Positions 38,175 to 47,657 of a DNA stretch of 64,000 nt are shown piece by piece. Position numbers and translations under genes: made by a program. The notes beneath the pieces were generated by a model. That model saw nothing but the letters and a program-made list of their open reading frames with translations, searched no databases and was not told the DNA's origin. Every line of letters starts with the position of its first letter. Within the stretch, counting starts at the first letter, position 1. The stretch comes from Patescibacteria group bacterium (lineage in GTDB: Bacteria > Patescibacteriota > Microgenomatia > UBA1400 > UBA12028), in the NCBI GenBank assembly GCA_035479015.1, contig DATIJC010000002.1, positions 9,777 to 73,776 on the forward strand, written 5' to 3'.

Positions 38175-38245
38175 AGCGGGCAGGGGGAATCGAACCCCCG
38201 CTTAAAGATTGGAAATCTTTAGTTCTACCATTAAACTATGCCCGC
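38175..38245 (-). tRNA. tRNA-Gly(TCC)
   Basis: GCGGGCA/TGCCCGC acceptor stem, anticodon loop TTTCCAA, GGTTCGATTCC. Confidence 0.95.
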
Positions 38246-38252
38246 ACTTTGC

Positions 38253-38370
38253 TGTCATTCCTGCGAAGGCAGGTTTACGAATACCCTCGCGGTAAATCCA
38301 TGCAATAAATATTCAATTCGTTTCTGGATCCTGGACAAGGCTCCTAATCGCCGCCTTTACCGGGATGACA
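38253..38370. repeat. Palindrome doublet with a nested mini-hairpin, upstream of tRNA-Gly
   Basis: TGTCATTCCTGCGAAGGCAGG[tttacgaataccctcgcggta]AATCCA..CTGGATCC..GGGATGACA. Confidence 0.85.
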
Positions 38371-38439
38371 CACAACAACACAGTATTGTACCAAATCAAT
38401 ATAGATCGACCATCTTTCGACTTTGCTCAAGATAATTGA

Positions 38440-39633
38440 CTACAAGTCAATTACGTGGTTTCCCTGCTCGCGCGCTACGATCATGATCATGAAGAACATA
38501 AGAACCAAGATACCGGCAGCGGCAAAAAACGAGGATGAAACAGAGTGAACTGCGAGAGCCCCACCGACAAGTGGTCCGATAATGTTGGCTAGACTCGCAT
38601 AGGACTGATTAATACCCAAAATACCTCCCTGATCTTCCTTGCGTGCATGTTTAGAAAGCAGCGCAGTCAGCAGCGGCAAGAGGAAGGAGTTCCCGATAGC
38701 CATAACAATCGAAGCAAAAATGAACATGTGGAAGGTGTGAGAGAAACCCATGATGACAAAGCTCAGTGTGGTAATTATGACGCCAGCGATAAGCAGCGGA
38801 ATTTCACCAAATTTTTTAACTAACTTCCCTACGCCAAATCCCTGCATGATGAGTCCGATCACTCCAAAGATGACAAATAAGAGGGAAATGTTACTCGGTG
38901 ATAACAACAAAATGTCATTGGTAAATTTCTGGAACGCCAGAATGAAAATTGAGAAAGCGAATGTTGCGATAAAGCTTGAAATGAGTAGCAGTCCAATGAA
39001 TGGCTCAAACAATGCATCCACGAGATGGCGCAAATTAAACATAGCAGCGATTGCTTTGTGTTCTATGTTTTCTTTCACAAGTGACTCTTTCAAAACAAAC
39101 GCAGATAAGAGTGCACAGACTAGAGAAATCGCTGCAGCGAAATAAAATGGAGCTGCTAGTGAGATGTTACTTAATACTCCGCCAATGGCTGGACCAAAGA
39201 CGAAACCAAATCCAAATGAAGCTCCTAAGATGCCAAACCATTTAGCCCGCTCCTGCGGAGTGGTCAAATCACTCATGACAGCTTGCGCAACAGAGATGTT
39301 CCCGCCTGAAATACCGTCTAAGATCCGTGCTAAGAAAACTATTGGAGCGCTCTGAGCAATCGCCATGAGAAAGAAGGAGACTGCAGTTCCAAGAACGCTA
39401 TAGACAAGCATTGGCTTCCGGCCGAACCTGTCTGATAGACGGCCGATGATGGGCGTAGAGATGAATTGTGCCAATGAGAACGCTGAGAAAAGTACTCCAA
39501 TCAAAAAAGTATTGATGCCAAACCTGGCCACATATGAGTACTGCAATGGAATAATAATCCCATACCCTAGGGCGTTGACCACGGCTACTAGAGAAATGAT
39601 CCAGAGAGAGCGCTGTTTTGATGCATTATCCAT
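38440..39633 (-). CDS. MFS transporter (TetA/DHA1-like)
   Basis: GRLSDRFGRKP motif A, ARILDG, GFVFGPAIGG motif C. Confidence 0.92.
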   Translation of the reverse strand: MDNASKQRSLWIISLVAVVNALGYGIIIPLQYSYVARFGINTFLIGVLFSAFSLAQFISTPIIGRLSDRFGRKPMLVYSVLGTAVSFFLMAIAQSAPIVFLARILDGISGGNISVAQAVMSDLTTPQERAKWFGILGASFGFGFVFGPAIGGVLSNISLAAPFYFAAAISLVCALLSAFVLKESLVKENIEHKAIAAMFNLRHLVDALFEPFIGLLLISSFIATFAFSIFILAFQKFTNDILLLSPSNISLLFVIFGVIGLIMQGFGVGKLVKKFGEIPLLIAGVIITTLSFVIMGFSHTFHMFIFASIVMAIGNSFLLPLLTALLSKHARKEDQGGILGINQSYASLANIIGPLVGGALAVHSVSSSFFAAAGILVLMFFMIMIVAREQGNHVIDL

Positions 39634-39641
39634 AAGACTCT

Positions 39642-40472
39642 CTATTTTGTCATGAGAGAGCGAAGTTTGGAAGTGTCTAATGCGGTATTGCGCTGATATG
39701 GCCGCTGGCTGGTCTTGAGATATTCCGTGAGACTTCCTTCGCTGACTAGGCCCGCCAAACTGAACTTTTCTTTTACCCACAGGGCAAAAGTGTAATCAGA
39801 AAAAATCGGCTCGGTAGTCGCATGGAAAATACCATTTGGAGCATTTTGAACACAAAAGTGCAAAATGTCAGCAAATTTTTCAATTGATGTTGGAGTCCAA
39901 CTAGTATCACTAAATTGCGGCGGCAGTGAATTTGTTTCCAATTTCCCTTTTACTTTATGCAAGATGTCGGGCTTCGGGAATTCATCCAGCCGATATGGGC
40001 GGTCAATGCGCAAGATCGAATACCTCTCACAAATTTTTTGCACTTCCTCTTCTGCCCAAGCTTTAGTTTGCCCATACCATTCGATCGGGTGTGTCTGATC
40101 ATCTTCTACGTACGGTGTCTGTTTTTGTCCATCAAATACATATGCCGTAGAAATGTGAACCAAATGTTTGCCAAATTCTTTCGCTGCTTTGGCAATATTT
40201 TGTGTACCGACGACATTTACTTGGTATGTCAAACCTTCTTTATTCCCATTCTCTTCAAACGCTTTACCAACATCGGTAAAGGCAGCAAAATGGACAATCA
40301 CCGGACTCTTACTTTTCTCTACCGCACTGTGAACTTGTGCCTCGTTGAGAATATTTACACCAGTAGAAAGATCTAAGTTTTCAAACTCATATGTATCTGA
40401 ATACATTTCGACAAATTTCGATCCCACCAGACCAGAAAGCCCTGTACCTAAAAGGGGAATTTTATTTGCCAT
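39642..40472 (-). CDS. rmlD: dTDP-4-dehydrorhamnose reductase family protein
   Basis: GLSGLVG, AAFTDV, HISTAYVFDG, YGQTK. Confidence 0.85.
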   Translation of the reverse strand: MANKIPLLGTGLSGLVGSKFVEMYSDTYEFENLDLSTGVNILNEAQVHSAVEKSKSPVIVHFAAFTDVGKAFEENGNKEGLTYQVNVVGTQNIAKAAKEFGKHLVHISTAYVFDGQKQTPYVEDDQTHPIEWYGQTKAWAEEEVQKICERYSILRIDRPYRLDEFPKPDILHKVKGKLETNSLPPQFSDTSWTPTSIEKFADILHFCVQNAPNGIFHATTEPIFSDYTFALWVKEKFSLAGLVSEGSLTEYLKTSQRPYQRNTALDTSKLRSLMTK

Positions 40473-41472
40473 ACTGTTTTTTGTAATACGCGTCAAACTG
40501 CGCGCCCTTGAGTGGTTTCCACCAAGCTTCATTTGTTTTATACCAATCAATTGTTTTTTGCAGACCTTGTTCTAGCGTCACTGATGGTGACCAACTTAAT
40601 TCGTTATGAATTTTTGTCCAATCGATTGCATAACGCACGTCATGACCAGGACGGTCTTTGACATACTCAATGCTTGACTCATCTTTGCCCATGAGCTTTA
40701 AGATCATCTTTATCGCTTCGACATTTGGCACATCTTGGTTCATGCCACCTACGCAGTAGGTACTGTTTTCTTTTCCTTGCAAGATTACTTTTTCGATCGC
40801 ACTACAGTGATCTTCTACAAACAACCAATCACGCACTTGCAGACCATCGCCATAGACCGGCACTTTCTTTCCTTCTAAAATGTTGGTGATAGCGAGAGGG
40901 ATAAGTTTCTCTGGATAATGATATGGGCCATAATTATTACTACAATTCGTGATCGAATAGGGAAGACCATAGGTATCACCAAAAGCCCGCACAAAATGAT
41001 CCGAAGATGCTTTTGACGCACTATACGGTGAGTGCGGCATATACGGTGTGGCTTCATTAAATTTATTCGCTGAACCTTGCTCTAAACTTCCAAATACTTC
41101 ATCAGTACTAATGTGGTGAAATCGTTTTACTTTTGCATCTCGGGCGGCCTCAAGCAGTGTATATGTACCAATTACATTTGTTTGGATAAATGCACCCGGA
41201 TCCATGATCGAACGATCTACGTGTGATTCGGCGGCGAAATGTACCACGATATCTACGCCTTCCATCACTTTGGCAACCAGTTCTTTATCACAGATATTTC
41301 CTTCTACAAAAGAATAATTCGGATTATTTTCCAAATCAGTAAGACTTGCCTTGTTTCCTGCATACGTTAAAAAATCCAAATTCGTGATGTGGTCATCAGG
41401 ATGATTCTTCAACCAATAATGGATAAAGTTCGAGCCGATAAATCCAGCCCCGCCGGTAACAAGTAGGTTCAT
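40462..41472 (-). CDS. rmlB: dTDP-glucose 4,6-dehydratase
   Basis: TGGAGFIG, AAESHVDRS, STDEV, YSASK, DRPGHD. Confidence 0.97.
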   Translation of the reverse strand: MNLLVTGGAGFIGSNFIHYWLKNHPDDHITNLDFLTYAGNKASLTDLENNPNYSFVEGNICDKELVAKVMEGVDIVVHFAAESHVDRSIMDPGAFIQTNVIGTYTLLEAARDAKVKRFHHISTDEVFGSLEQGSANKFNEATPYMPHSPYSASKASSDHFVRAFGDTYGLPYSITNCSNNYGPYHYPEKLIPLAITNILEGKKVPVYGDGLQVRDWLFVEDHCSAIEKVILQGKENSTYCVGGMNQDVPNVEAIKMILKLMGKDESSIEYVKDRPGHDVRYAIDWTKIHNELSWSPSVTLEQGLQKTIDWYKTNEAWWKPLKGAQFDAYYKKQYGK

Positions 41473-41618
41473 AGTTTTTTTATTCTACACTCACCGCTCA
41501 AACCTTGAGTAATACAGCGGCCACGTAGCGTGCGGAATTCCTCGTAATACAGACCCGCAATAATACTTGCAACAACGAGTAAGACGAAAAGAATTTGACT
41601 GAGAGTTTTTTGCTTCAT
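41469..41618 (-). CDS. Small single-TM protein (49 aa, not in the ORF track)
   Basis: MKQKTLSQILFVLLVVASIIAGLYYEEFRTLRGRCITQGLSGECRIKKL; ATGA overlaps with both neighbours. Confidence 0.55.
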   Translation of the reverse strand: MKQKTLSQILFVLLVVASIIAGLYYEEFRTLRGRCITQGLSGECRIKKL

Positions 41619-41836
41619 TCAATGATGACGGTTTTTGCTTCAAACCGCTCTCCTCTTGTTAAGGATAACTTGGATACTGGCAAGCGTAAATGGTGAGCCA
41701 ATAATTTCAATCCCTCTTTTGCAGCGCGCCCTTTATCAGGCGGAGCCTTTGTGTGCACCTCAAACGTAGTTTCATCCAAAGCAATTACCTCATCACGGCT
41801 CGATCTAGATTTCAAATTCATCGTTAGCACTTGCAT
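41615..41836 (-). CDS. DUF167/YggU family protein
   Basis: K..S..D.V, APPDKGRA, LA..L.LP.S, G....K pattern. Confidence 0.75.
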   Translation of the reverse strand: MQVLTMNLKSRSSRDEVIALDETTFEVHTKAPPDKGRAAKEGLKLLAHHLRLPVSKLSLTRGERFEAKTVIIE

Positions 41837-41837
41837 A

Positions 41838-42953
41838 TTATTTGAACCAATCGCCAACCTGTTTTTGTATTGTCTTCCATGTAGGATCTACTGGTAGATA
41901 CACCCAGGCACCCCCGGCAAACCTGTCCGGGTGAACGAACACTCCTGAGGAATACTTTGTTTGGATCATAAATTGATGCGTAGTTAGACTGGGAAAAACT
42001 CCCTTCTTGGCAAACTGGAGTCCCAAATTTTCGGCCTCACCAAAAGGGAAGTACCCATCAATATTTTCGAGATAAAATCTCAACAGGTTTCCCATCCGTT
42101 CCGGATAGCGGACATTTGTAGGATTTTTCAGTGAGGAAAGCAGAGCTTCTAAAACTAATTGTTGGCGATGTACACGAGCATCGTCTGTCCCCTCAATCGG
42201 ATCACTGCTGTGCCGCGAGCGCATGTACTGCAATGCCCTAGTTCCACTCATGTGTTCGGTTCCTTGGACAAAGGTAACAGTTTCATACAATAATTTAGGG
42301 TCTTTGACTACACGCACATCCACGTCCGTGCGTGGGAACTGCGTATCAGTAAAAGACCGCTCCACATGAACATCGATACCACCCAAGGCATCTATCATCT
42401 TCCCGACCGCTTCGATATCGATTGGGATCACGTAGTGGATAGGCAGCCCAGAAATTTGTTCAACAGAATCCTTAATAAGTTTTGCACCTCCTAATTGATA
42501 GAGTGCGTTGATTTTCGTTTTGTCTTGGACAAGATAGAGATCGCGCGGGAAAGAAAAAGTCGTGACCGATCCTGAGTTAGAGTTTACGGACACTACCATA
42601 ATTGTGTCCGTTAAAATAGTATTTTCGTCACGGTTAGACAGTTTATCCAAACCTAAAAGCAAGATGTTTGTTCTCCCCGCTGTCTGTTTAACTTGTGCTT
42701 CCCGCCCACTCAATACTGTCTGTACTAATCTAGGGAAGGGGAGATTCGCACCATTGGAAACTTTTTGCACATAATATGCGCTGACACCGCCAATAATAAG
42801 TGAGATCAGCAGTACCCCACCAATAATAACCGCTGCTACTCCAGCAAGCAGTGTAGTGATTATGCGAAGTGTGTGAAATAAAACGTGATCTACTGGATGA
42901 GCCTTAGCAGGCAAATGCGGTTCACTAGTTACGCGCTTTTTTTTCTTTGGCAT
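41838..42953 (-). CDS. LCP (LytR-CpsA-Psr) family protein
   Basis: NILLLGLD, TDTIM, SFPRD, KINA, IDALGGIDV, RSRH..D..R..RQQ. Confidence 0.92.
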   Translation of the reverse strand: MPKKKKRVTSEPHLPAKAHPVDHVLFHTLRIITTLLAGVAAVIIGGVLLISLIIGGVSAYYVQKVSNGANLPFPRLVQTVLSGREAQVKQTAGRTNILLLGLDKLSNRDENTILTDTIMVVSVNSNSGSVTTFSFPRDLYLVQDKTKINALYQLGGAKLIKDSVEQISGLPIHYVIPIDIEAVGKMIDALGGIDVHVERSFTDTQFPRTDVDVRVVKDPKLLYETVTFVQGTEHMSGTRALQYMRSRHSSDPIEGTDDARVHRQQLVLEALLSSLKNPTNVRYPERMGNLLRFYLENIDGYFPFGEAENLGLQFAKKGVFPSLTTHQFMIQTKYSSGVFVHPDRFAGGAWVYLPVDPTWKTIQKQVGDWFK

Positions 42954-42957
42954 AGAC

Positions 42958-45906
42958 TTATCTTAGTTCTTTGGCCAAAAATTGACCAGTGAGGGATTCG
43001 GGATTCCCGGCAACCTCACTTGGAGTACCAATTGTCACGACCTCACCGCCAGCATCACCGCCTTCAGGTCCTAAATCAATGATCCAATCTGCATTCTTGA
43101 TCACGTCTAAGTTATGTTCAATGACCACTACTGTATTGCCGCTGTCGACGAGACGGCGGAGCACTAAGAGCAGATTTTGAATATCTTCAAAGTGTAAACC
43201 AGTTGTCGGCTCATCAAGTAAGTACATCACATGCTCCTGACTTCGAAGTGATAACTCCCGCGCTAGTTTGACACGCTGCGCTTCACCACCAGAGAGTGTT
43301 GGTGCACTTTGACCCAAGGTCATGTATCCAAGTCCTACGTCCTGCAAAGTTAGTAACTTATGCTGAATGGACCCATGATGTGCAAAGAAATTGACTGCCT
43401 CATCAATACTCATCGCCAATACTTGGGCAATATTTTTCTCTTTATATAACACATCTAACGTCTCTGCGTTGTAGCGAGTGCCTTTACAAATATCACAAGT
43501 TACATAGACATCCGGCAAAAATTGCATCTCTATTTTCACTTGCCCCTCTCCCTGACACGCCTCACACCGGCCGCCCTTGACATTGAAACTAAATCTGCCG
43601 GCTCCAAATCCCCGCGCGTGTGCATCTTGAGTGCTGGCATATACCGTGCGTATTAGATCAAATACCTTTGTGTACGTAGCGGGATTACTGCGGGGCGTCT
43701 TGCCGATCGGACTTTGATCAATCAAGGAAATCCGTTTTAGCGCTGGATCTGCCTGCAGACTATCGATCTGGCCAAGCGGTTCATGAACAATGTACCCCAA
43801 CTCTTTTGCTAGATTTCGATATAACGTCTCGTGCAAAAGCGTAGATTTACCCGATCCAGACACACCTGTAATACAGATAAATTTTGACAAGGGGAATGAG
43901 ACATCTATACTTTTGAGGTTATGAGCCCGGGCTCCGGTAATATCTACATTACCATCCACAATTTTAGTGGCTTCGCGTTTTTCAGGTAACTTCACTTTTT
44001 TCTTACCACAAAGGTATTTACCAGTCAGTGATGCTGGATTTTTAATCAGATCCTCTACTTTGCCTGCCGCTACTACTTCACCGCCGTTTTTTCCTGCCCG
44101 CGGGCCAAAGTCCACTACCCAGTCTGCTGCCTCAATAGTCTCACGATCATGTTCGACAACAATCACAGAGTTGCCTAGATCGCGCAGTCTGTGTAGCGTA
44201 GCAATCAAACGCTCATTGTCGCGCGGATGCAATCCAATCGTCGGTTCATCCAGAACGTAAAGCACGCCCGTAAGACCCGTACCAATCTGTGATGCCAAAC
44301 GGATACGCTGGGCCTCACCACCTGCGAGTGTGCCCGCTTCGCGCGATAGTGAAAGATACGTGAGTCCGACTGAATCCAAAAACTCCAACCGTTCTTGGAT
44401 CTCTTTCAAAATACTGGCAGCGATGAAGTTTTCTTTTTCTGTCACCAACCCTTTGGTCAAACCGCTCTTTTTCAAGTTTTGTATCCAAACTTTTGCATGG
44501 CTGATAGGGAAGTCACACACGGCAGCAATGCTCAGTCCATCTACATGAACTGCGAGGCTTTCTGGTTTTAGACGCTTACCATTACAGGCTGGACAAATTT
44601 GCCGCTCCATAAAGCGCTCAATTTCCGCCCGCATAAATTCAGACTCGGATTCAGTGTACTTGCGCTCTAAGTATGAGACAAATCCCTCAAACTTCTCTTC
44701 TATCTGCGTCTCATTGCCGAATCGATTAGTTCCAAACACTCTGTGTAATTTTGGCGCATCACCTGATAACAGCACATTTTTTACGGTGTCAGAAAGTTTT
44801 TCCCAAGGTGTTCGCAAGTTTCCACCGTATTCGGATACTACTTGCGTCACAAGACGGGAAAACCAAGAGTCGCCGCTCATCACCCGTTCGAAAGGAATCA
44901 CCGCTCCTTCCGCTAACGTGAGGGAAGACGCAATTAATTTTTCCGGGATCACTTTGAGCAGCGACCCTAAACCATTACAGGTCTCGCACGCACCATGTGG
45001 CGTATTGAAAGAAAAGATCCGTGGTTCTATCTCAGGGAGTGAAGTTCCATCAAATGGGCACAGGAATTTCTCCGAATACAAGACATCTTCCATGTTTTTG
45101 GGTTTATCAGGAAATGAGAGAGAGGCATCAGTTACAAAACTAACCACGGTTAGTCCATCAGCTAACTTCAATGAGATTTCAATATCAGCTGCTAGTCTGG
45201 AGCGGAAGTCCTTGCGCTCGCTGTCATCACGTAGCATCTTACGGTCAATCACCAACCGGTCGATAACCGCGCTGATGGTGTGTTTGTTATTCTTTAGTAA
45301 GAGAAAGTCCTCATCTACTTCAAAGACTGTTCCGTCCACCCGGACCCGGGAAAACCCCTTCTTCTTGAGGTTTTCAAACAGCGAGGTAAACTCCCCTTTG
45401 CGGTCACGAACCACAGGGGAGAGGATCATAAGCCGTACACCAGAGGTAATCTCACTACGGCCTTCAATTTTTTCCATGACCGCATTAACGATTTCATCGA
45501 TTGAGCTGCGTTTGATTTCACGGCCGCATGTCGGACAATGTGGGCGACCTATGCGGGCATAGAGTAACCGCAAGTAATCATATATTTCGGTTATCGTCCC
45601 CACTGTCGATCGTGGATTGTGCGACGTGGTCTTCTGATCGATAGAAATAGCGGGGGAGAGTCCACCGATAAAGTCGACATCTGGCTTACCCATTACCCCA
45701 AGAAATTGACGTGCATAGGACGAGAGGCTCTCTACGTACCTGCGTTGTCCCTCGGCATAGATCGTGTCAAACGCGAGGGATGACTTCCCACTACCTGACA
45801 TCCCGGTGAGTACTACGAGCTTGTTTTTAGGTAGATCAAGATCAACATTCTTGAGATTATGTTGTCGTGCTCCTCGAATAGAAATGAAGTCTTGGTTGCC
45901 AGTCAT
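42958..45906 (-). CDS. uvrA: Excinuclease ABC subunit A
   Basis: Two ABC cassettes (GSGKSSLAFDT, GSGKSTL), zinc fingers, LSGGEAQR. Confidence 0.98.
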   Translation of the reverse strand: MTGNQDFISIRGARQHNLKNVDLDLPKNKLVVLTGMSGSGKSSLAFDTIYAEGQRRYVESLSSYARQFLGVMGKPDVDFIGGLSPAISIDQKTTSHNPRSTVGTITEIYDYLRLLYARIGRPHCPTCGREIKRSSIDEIVNAVMEKIEGRSEITSGVRLMILSPVVRDRKGEFTSLFENLKKKGFSRVRVDGTVFEVDEDFLLLKNNKHTISAVIDRLVIDRKMLRDDSERKDFRSRLAADIEISLKLADGLTVVSFVTDASLSFPDKPKNMEDVLYSEKFLCPFDGTSLPEIEPRIFSFNTPHGACETCNGLGSLLKVIPEKLIASSLTLAEGAVIPFERVMSGDSWFSRLVTQVVSEYGGNLRTPWEKLSDTVKNVLLSGDAPKLHRVFGTNRFGNETQIEEKFEGFVSYLERKYTESESEFMRAEIERFMERQICPACNGKRLKPESLAVHVDGLSIAAVCDFPISHAKVWIQNLKKSGLTKGLVTEKENFIAASILKEIQERLEFLDSVGLTYLSLSREAGTLAGGEAQRIRLASQIGTGLTGVLYVLDEPTIGLHPRDNERLIATLHRLRDLGNSVIVVEHDRETIEAADWVVDFGPRAGKNGGEVVAAGKVEDLIKNPASLTGKYLCGKKKVKLPEKREATKIVDGNVDITGARAHNLKSIDVSFPLSKFICITGVSGSGKSTLLHETLYRNLAKELGYIVHEPLGQIDSLQADPALKRISLIDQSPIGKTPRSNPATYTKVFDLIRTVYASTQDAHARGFGAGRFSFNVKGGRCEACQGEGQVKIEMQFLPDVYVTCDICKGTRYNAETLDVLYKEKNIAQVLAMSIDEAVNFFAHHGSIQHKLLTLQDVGLGYMTLGQSAPTLSGGEAQRVKLARELSLRSQEHVMYLLDEPTTGLHFEDIQNLLLVLRRLVDSGNTVVVIEHNLDVIKNADWIIDLGPEGGDAGGEVVTIGTPSEVAGNPESLTGQFLAKELR

Positions 45907-46006
45907 GAATTGGTTATTGTACCCTACTTTTCTCTCGAGTACAATACAGTCAAGTTACTTCCCTATTGTGTATATATTTATTGCATCTTGAGCGGGAAAG
46001 GAATGC

Positions 46007-46249
46007 ATGGACAAATCAGAACGAAATCCCAATATCCTTGCATATCAGGCTGACTTAGTGGCTGGTTTGTTTGACGATTGTATGGATTGTTTCATTTTGT
46101 ATAAATTGGGCGATTTAGTTGGCATGTTCAGTTCCCAAAAAGAAGCAGCTTCGCATAACGAAGAAGGAATTGACTCATTTATACGTCGCCCAAGCGATGA
46201 TGTTGTAGATGTGCCAACTCCGCTTTGGATTGGAGATAAAGATGAGTAA
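46007..46249 (+). CDS. Hypothetical acidic protein
   Basis: 80 aa with an AAGGA RBS; overlaps the metG start by 8 bp. Confidence 0.55.
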   Translation: MDKSERNPNILAYQADLVAGLFDDCMDCFILYKLGDLVGMFSSQKEAASHNEEGIDSFIRRPSDDVVDVPTPLWIGDKDE

Positions 46250-47657
46250 GTTTTATATCACCACAGCTATACCGTACGTCAACGGCAAACCGCACATCGG
46301 CCACACGCTGGAATTTGTGCAAACAGACACGATTGCCCGGTTTCACAAACTTATGGGTGATGAGGTTACCCTACTTACCGGCTCTGATGAGAATTCGCTA
46401 AAAAATGTCCGCGCTGCAGAAAAAGAAAACATCTCTACAAAAGAACTGTTGGACAAATACACAGCTGTATGGAAAGAGTTTAGTCAATCGCTGGATATCG
46501 AAGTCGATGTATTCCAGCGCAGCTTCAATCCTAAAACTCACTTCCCTGGCGTGCAAAAATTATGGAAACTCTGTGCTGAGAGCGGAGATTTTTATAAGAA
46601 AAAATACCAAGGACTCTACTGCGTCGGCTGTGAACAATTTTATAAACCAGAAGATCTAGTGGACGGTAAATGCCCACTTCATCTCACCTACCCCGATCAA
46701 ATCGATGAAGAGAACTATTTTTTCAAACTCAGTAAGTATCAAGATCAAATTCGCCAATTGATTGAATCAGACACAGTCCATGTAGTTCCAGAAAAGATGA
46801 AACGTGAAGTTCTCACATTCATCGATAATGGACTGGAAGACTTCTCCGTTTCCCGTTCGCTCGAACGTGCCCGTGGGGTGGGCGTACCAGTACCTAATGA
46901 TGCCACCCAAGTCATGTATGTGTGGTTTGACGCGTTGGCAGTGTACATGACCGGCATCGGCTATGGCTGGGATGAGAAAAATTGGGAGAAGTTATGGCCG
47001 GCTGATGTCCACGTCATCGGAAAAGATATTGTCCGCTTCCATGCAATTTACTGGATCGGCATGTTACTCTCTGCAAAACTTCCCTTGCCAAAAACTATTA
47101 TGGTTCACGGTCATATAACTAGCGGTGGAGCCAAGATGAGCAAGAGCATTGGCAATGTGATCGACCCATATGAAGTGATCGCTAAATATGGCAAGGACTT
47201 TACACGTTTCTACTTGTTGTTTGAAGTTCCCACCTTGGATGACGGTGATTTTACCCTCAGCCGTGCTGATGAACTCTATTCATCAGAGTTTGTGAATGGC
47301 ATAGGCAATCTTGCGTCACGCGTAGCAGCATTGTGCGAGAAAAGCAGTAAAAGATTTCCGCCCATGGCGGATCAGCCTTGGGCTGACAAGTCAAAAATAC
47401 ATAACTATGATCTGCGAGAATCACTGCGAGGTGTTTGGCAAAACATGTGGCAGCTTAACAAACAATTGAGCGATGATGAGCCATGGAAGATGGAGACGGA
47501 TAAATTGGGCGAATACTTAGTGCCGGTAGTACAAAATTTGCGGCAAATTGCTTTTGACCTCTCCCCGTTTACACCGTCATTATCTGCAAAATTGCTCTCG
47601 CATTTTGGACAGGATAAAATCACAAAAATTGCTCCCCTGTTTCCAAAATTGCAATGA
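46242..47657 (+). CDS. metG: Methionine--tRNA ligase
   Basis: TTAIPYVN..HIGH, YVWFDAL, GKDIVRFH, KMSKS. Confidence 0.96.
   Translation: MSKFYITTAIPYVNGKPHIGHTLEFVQTDTIARFHKLMGDEVTLLTGSDENSLKNVRAAEKENISTKELLDKYTAVWKEFSQSLDIEVDVFQRSFNPKTHFPGVQKLWKLCAESGDFYKKKYQGLYCVGCEQFYKPEDLVDGKCPLHLTYPDQIDEENYFFKLSKYQDQIRQLIESDTVHVVPEKMKREVLTFIDNGLEDFSVSRSLERARGVGVPVPNDATQVMYVWFDALAVYMTGIGYGWDEKNWEKLWPADVHVIGKDIVRFHAIYWIGMLLSAKLPLPKTIMVHGHITSGGAKMSKSIGNVIDPYEVIAKYGKDFTRFYLLFEVPTLDDGDFTLSRADELYSSEFVNGIGNLASRVAALCEKSSKRFPPMADQPWADKSKIHNYDLRESLRGVWQNMWQLNKQLSDDEPWKMETDKLGEYLVPVVQNLRQIAFDLSPFTPSLSAKLLSHFGQDKITKIAPLFPKLQ

Noticed and set aside
44654-45562. 302-aa ORF on the plus strand
   Set aside because: Antisense shadow of uvrA with no recognisable motifs; the same applies to the many short antisense ORFs in the track.
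45917-45948. TATTGTAC..GTACAATA inverted repeat upstream of uvrA as an operator
   Set aside because: More simply explained as two divergent TACAAT -10 hexamers.
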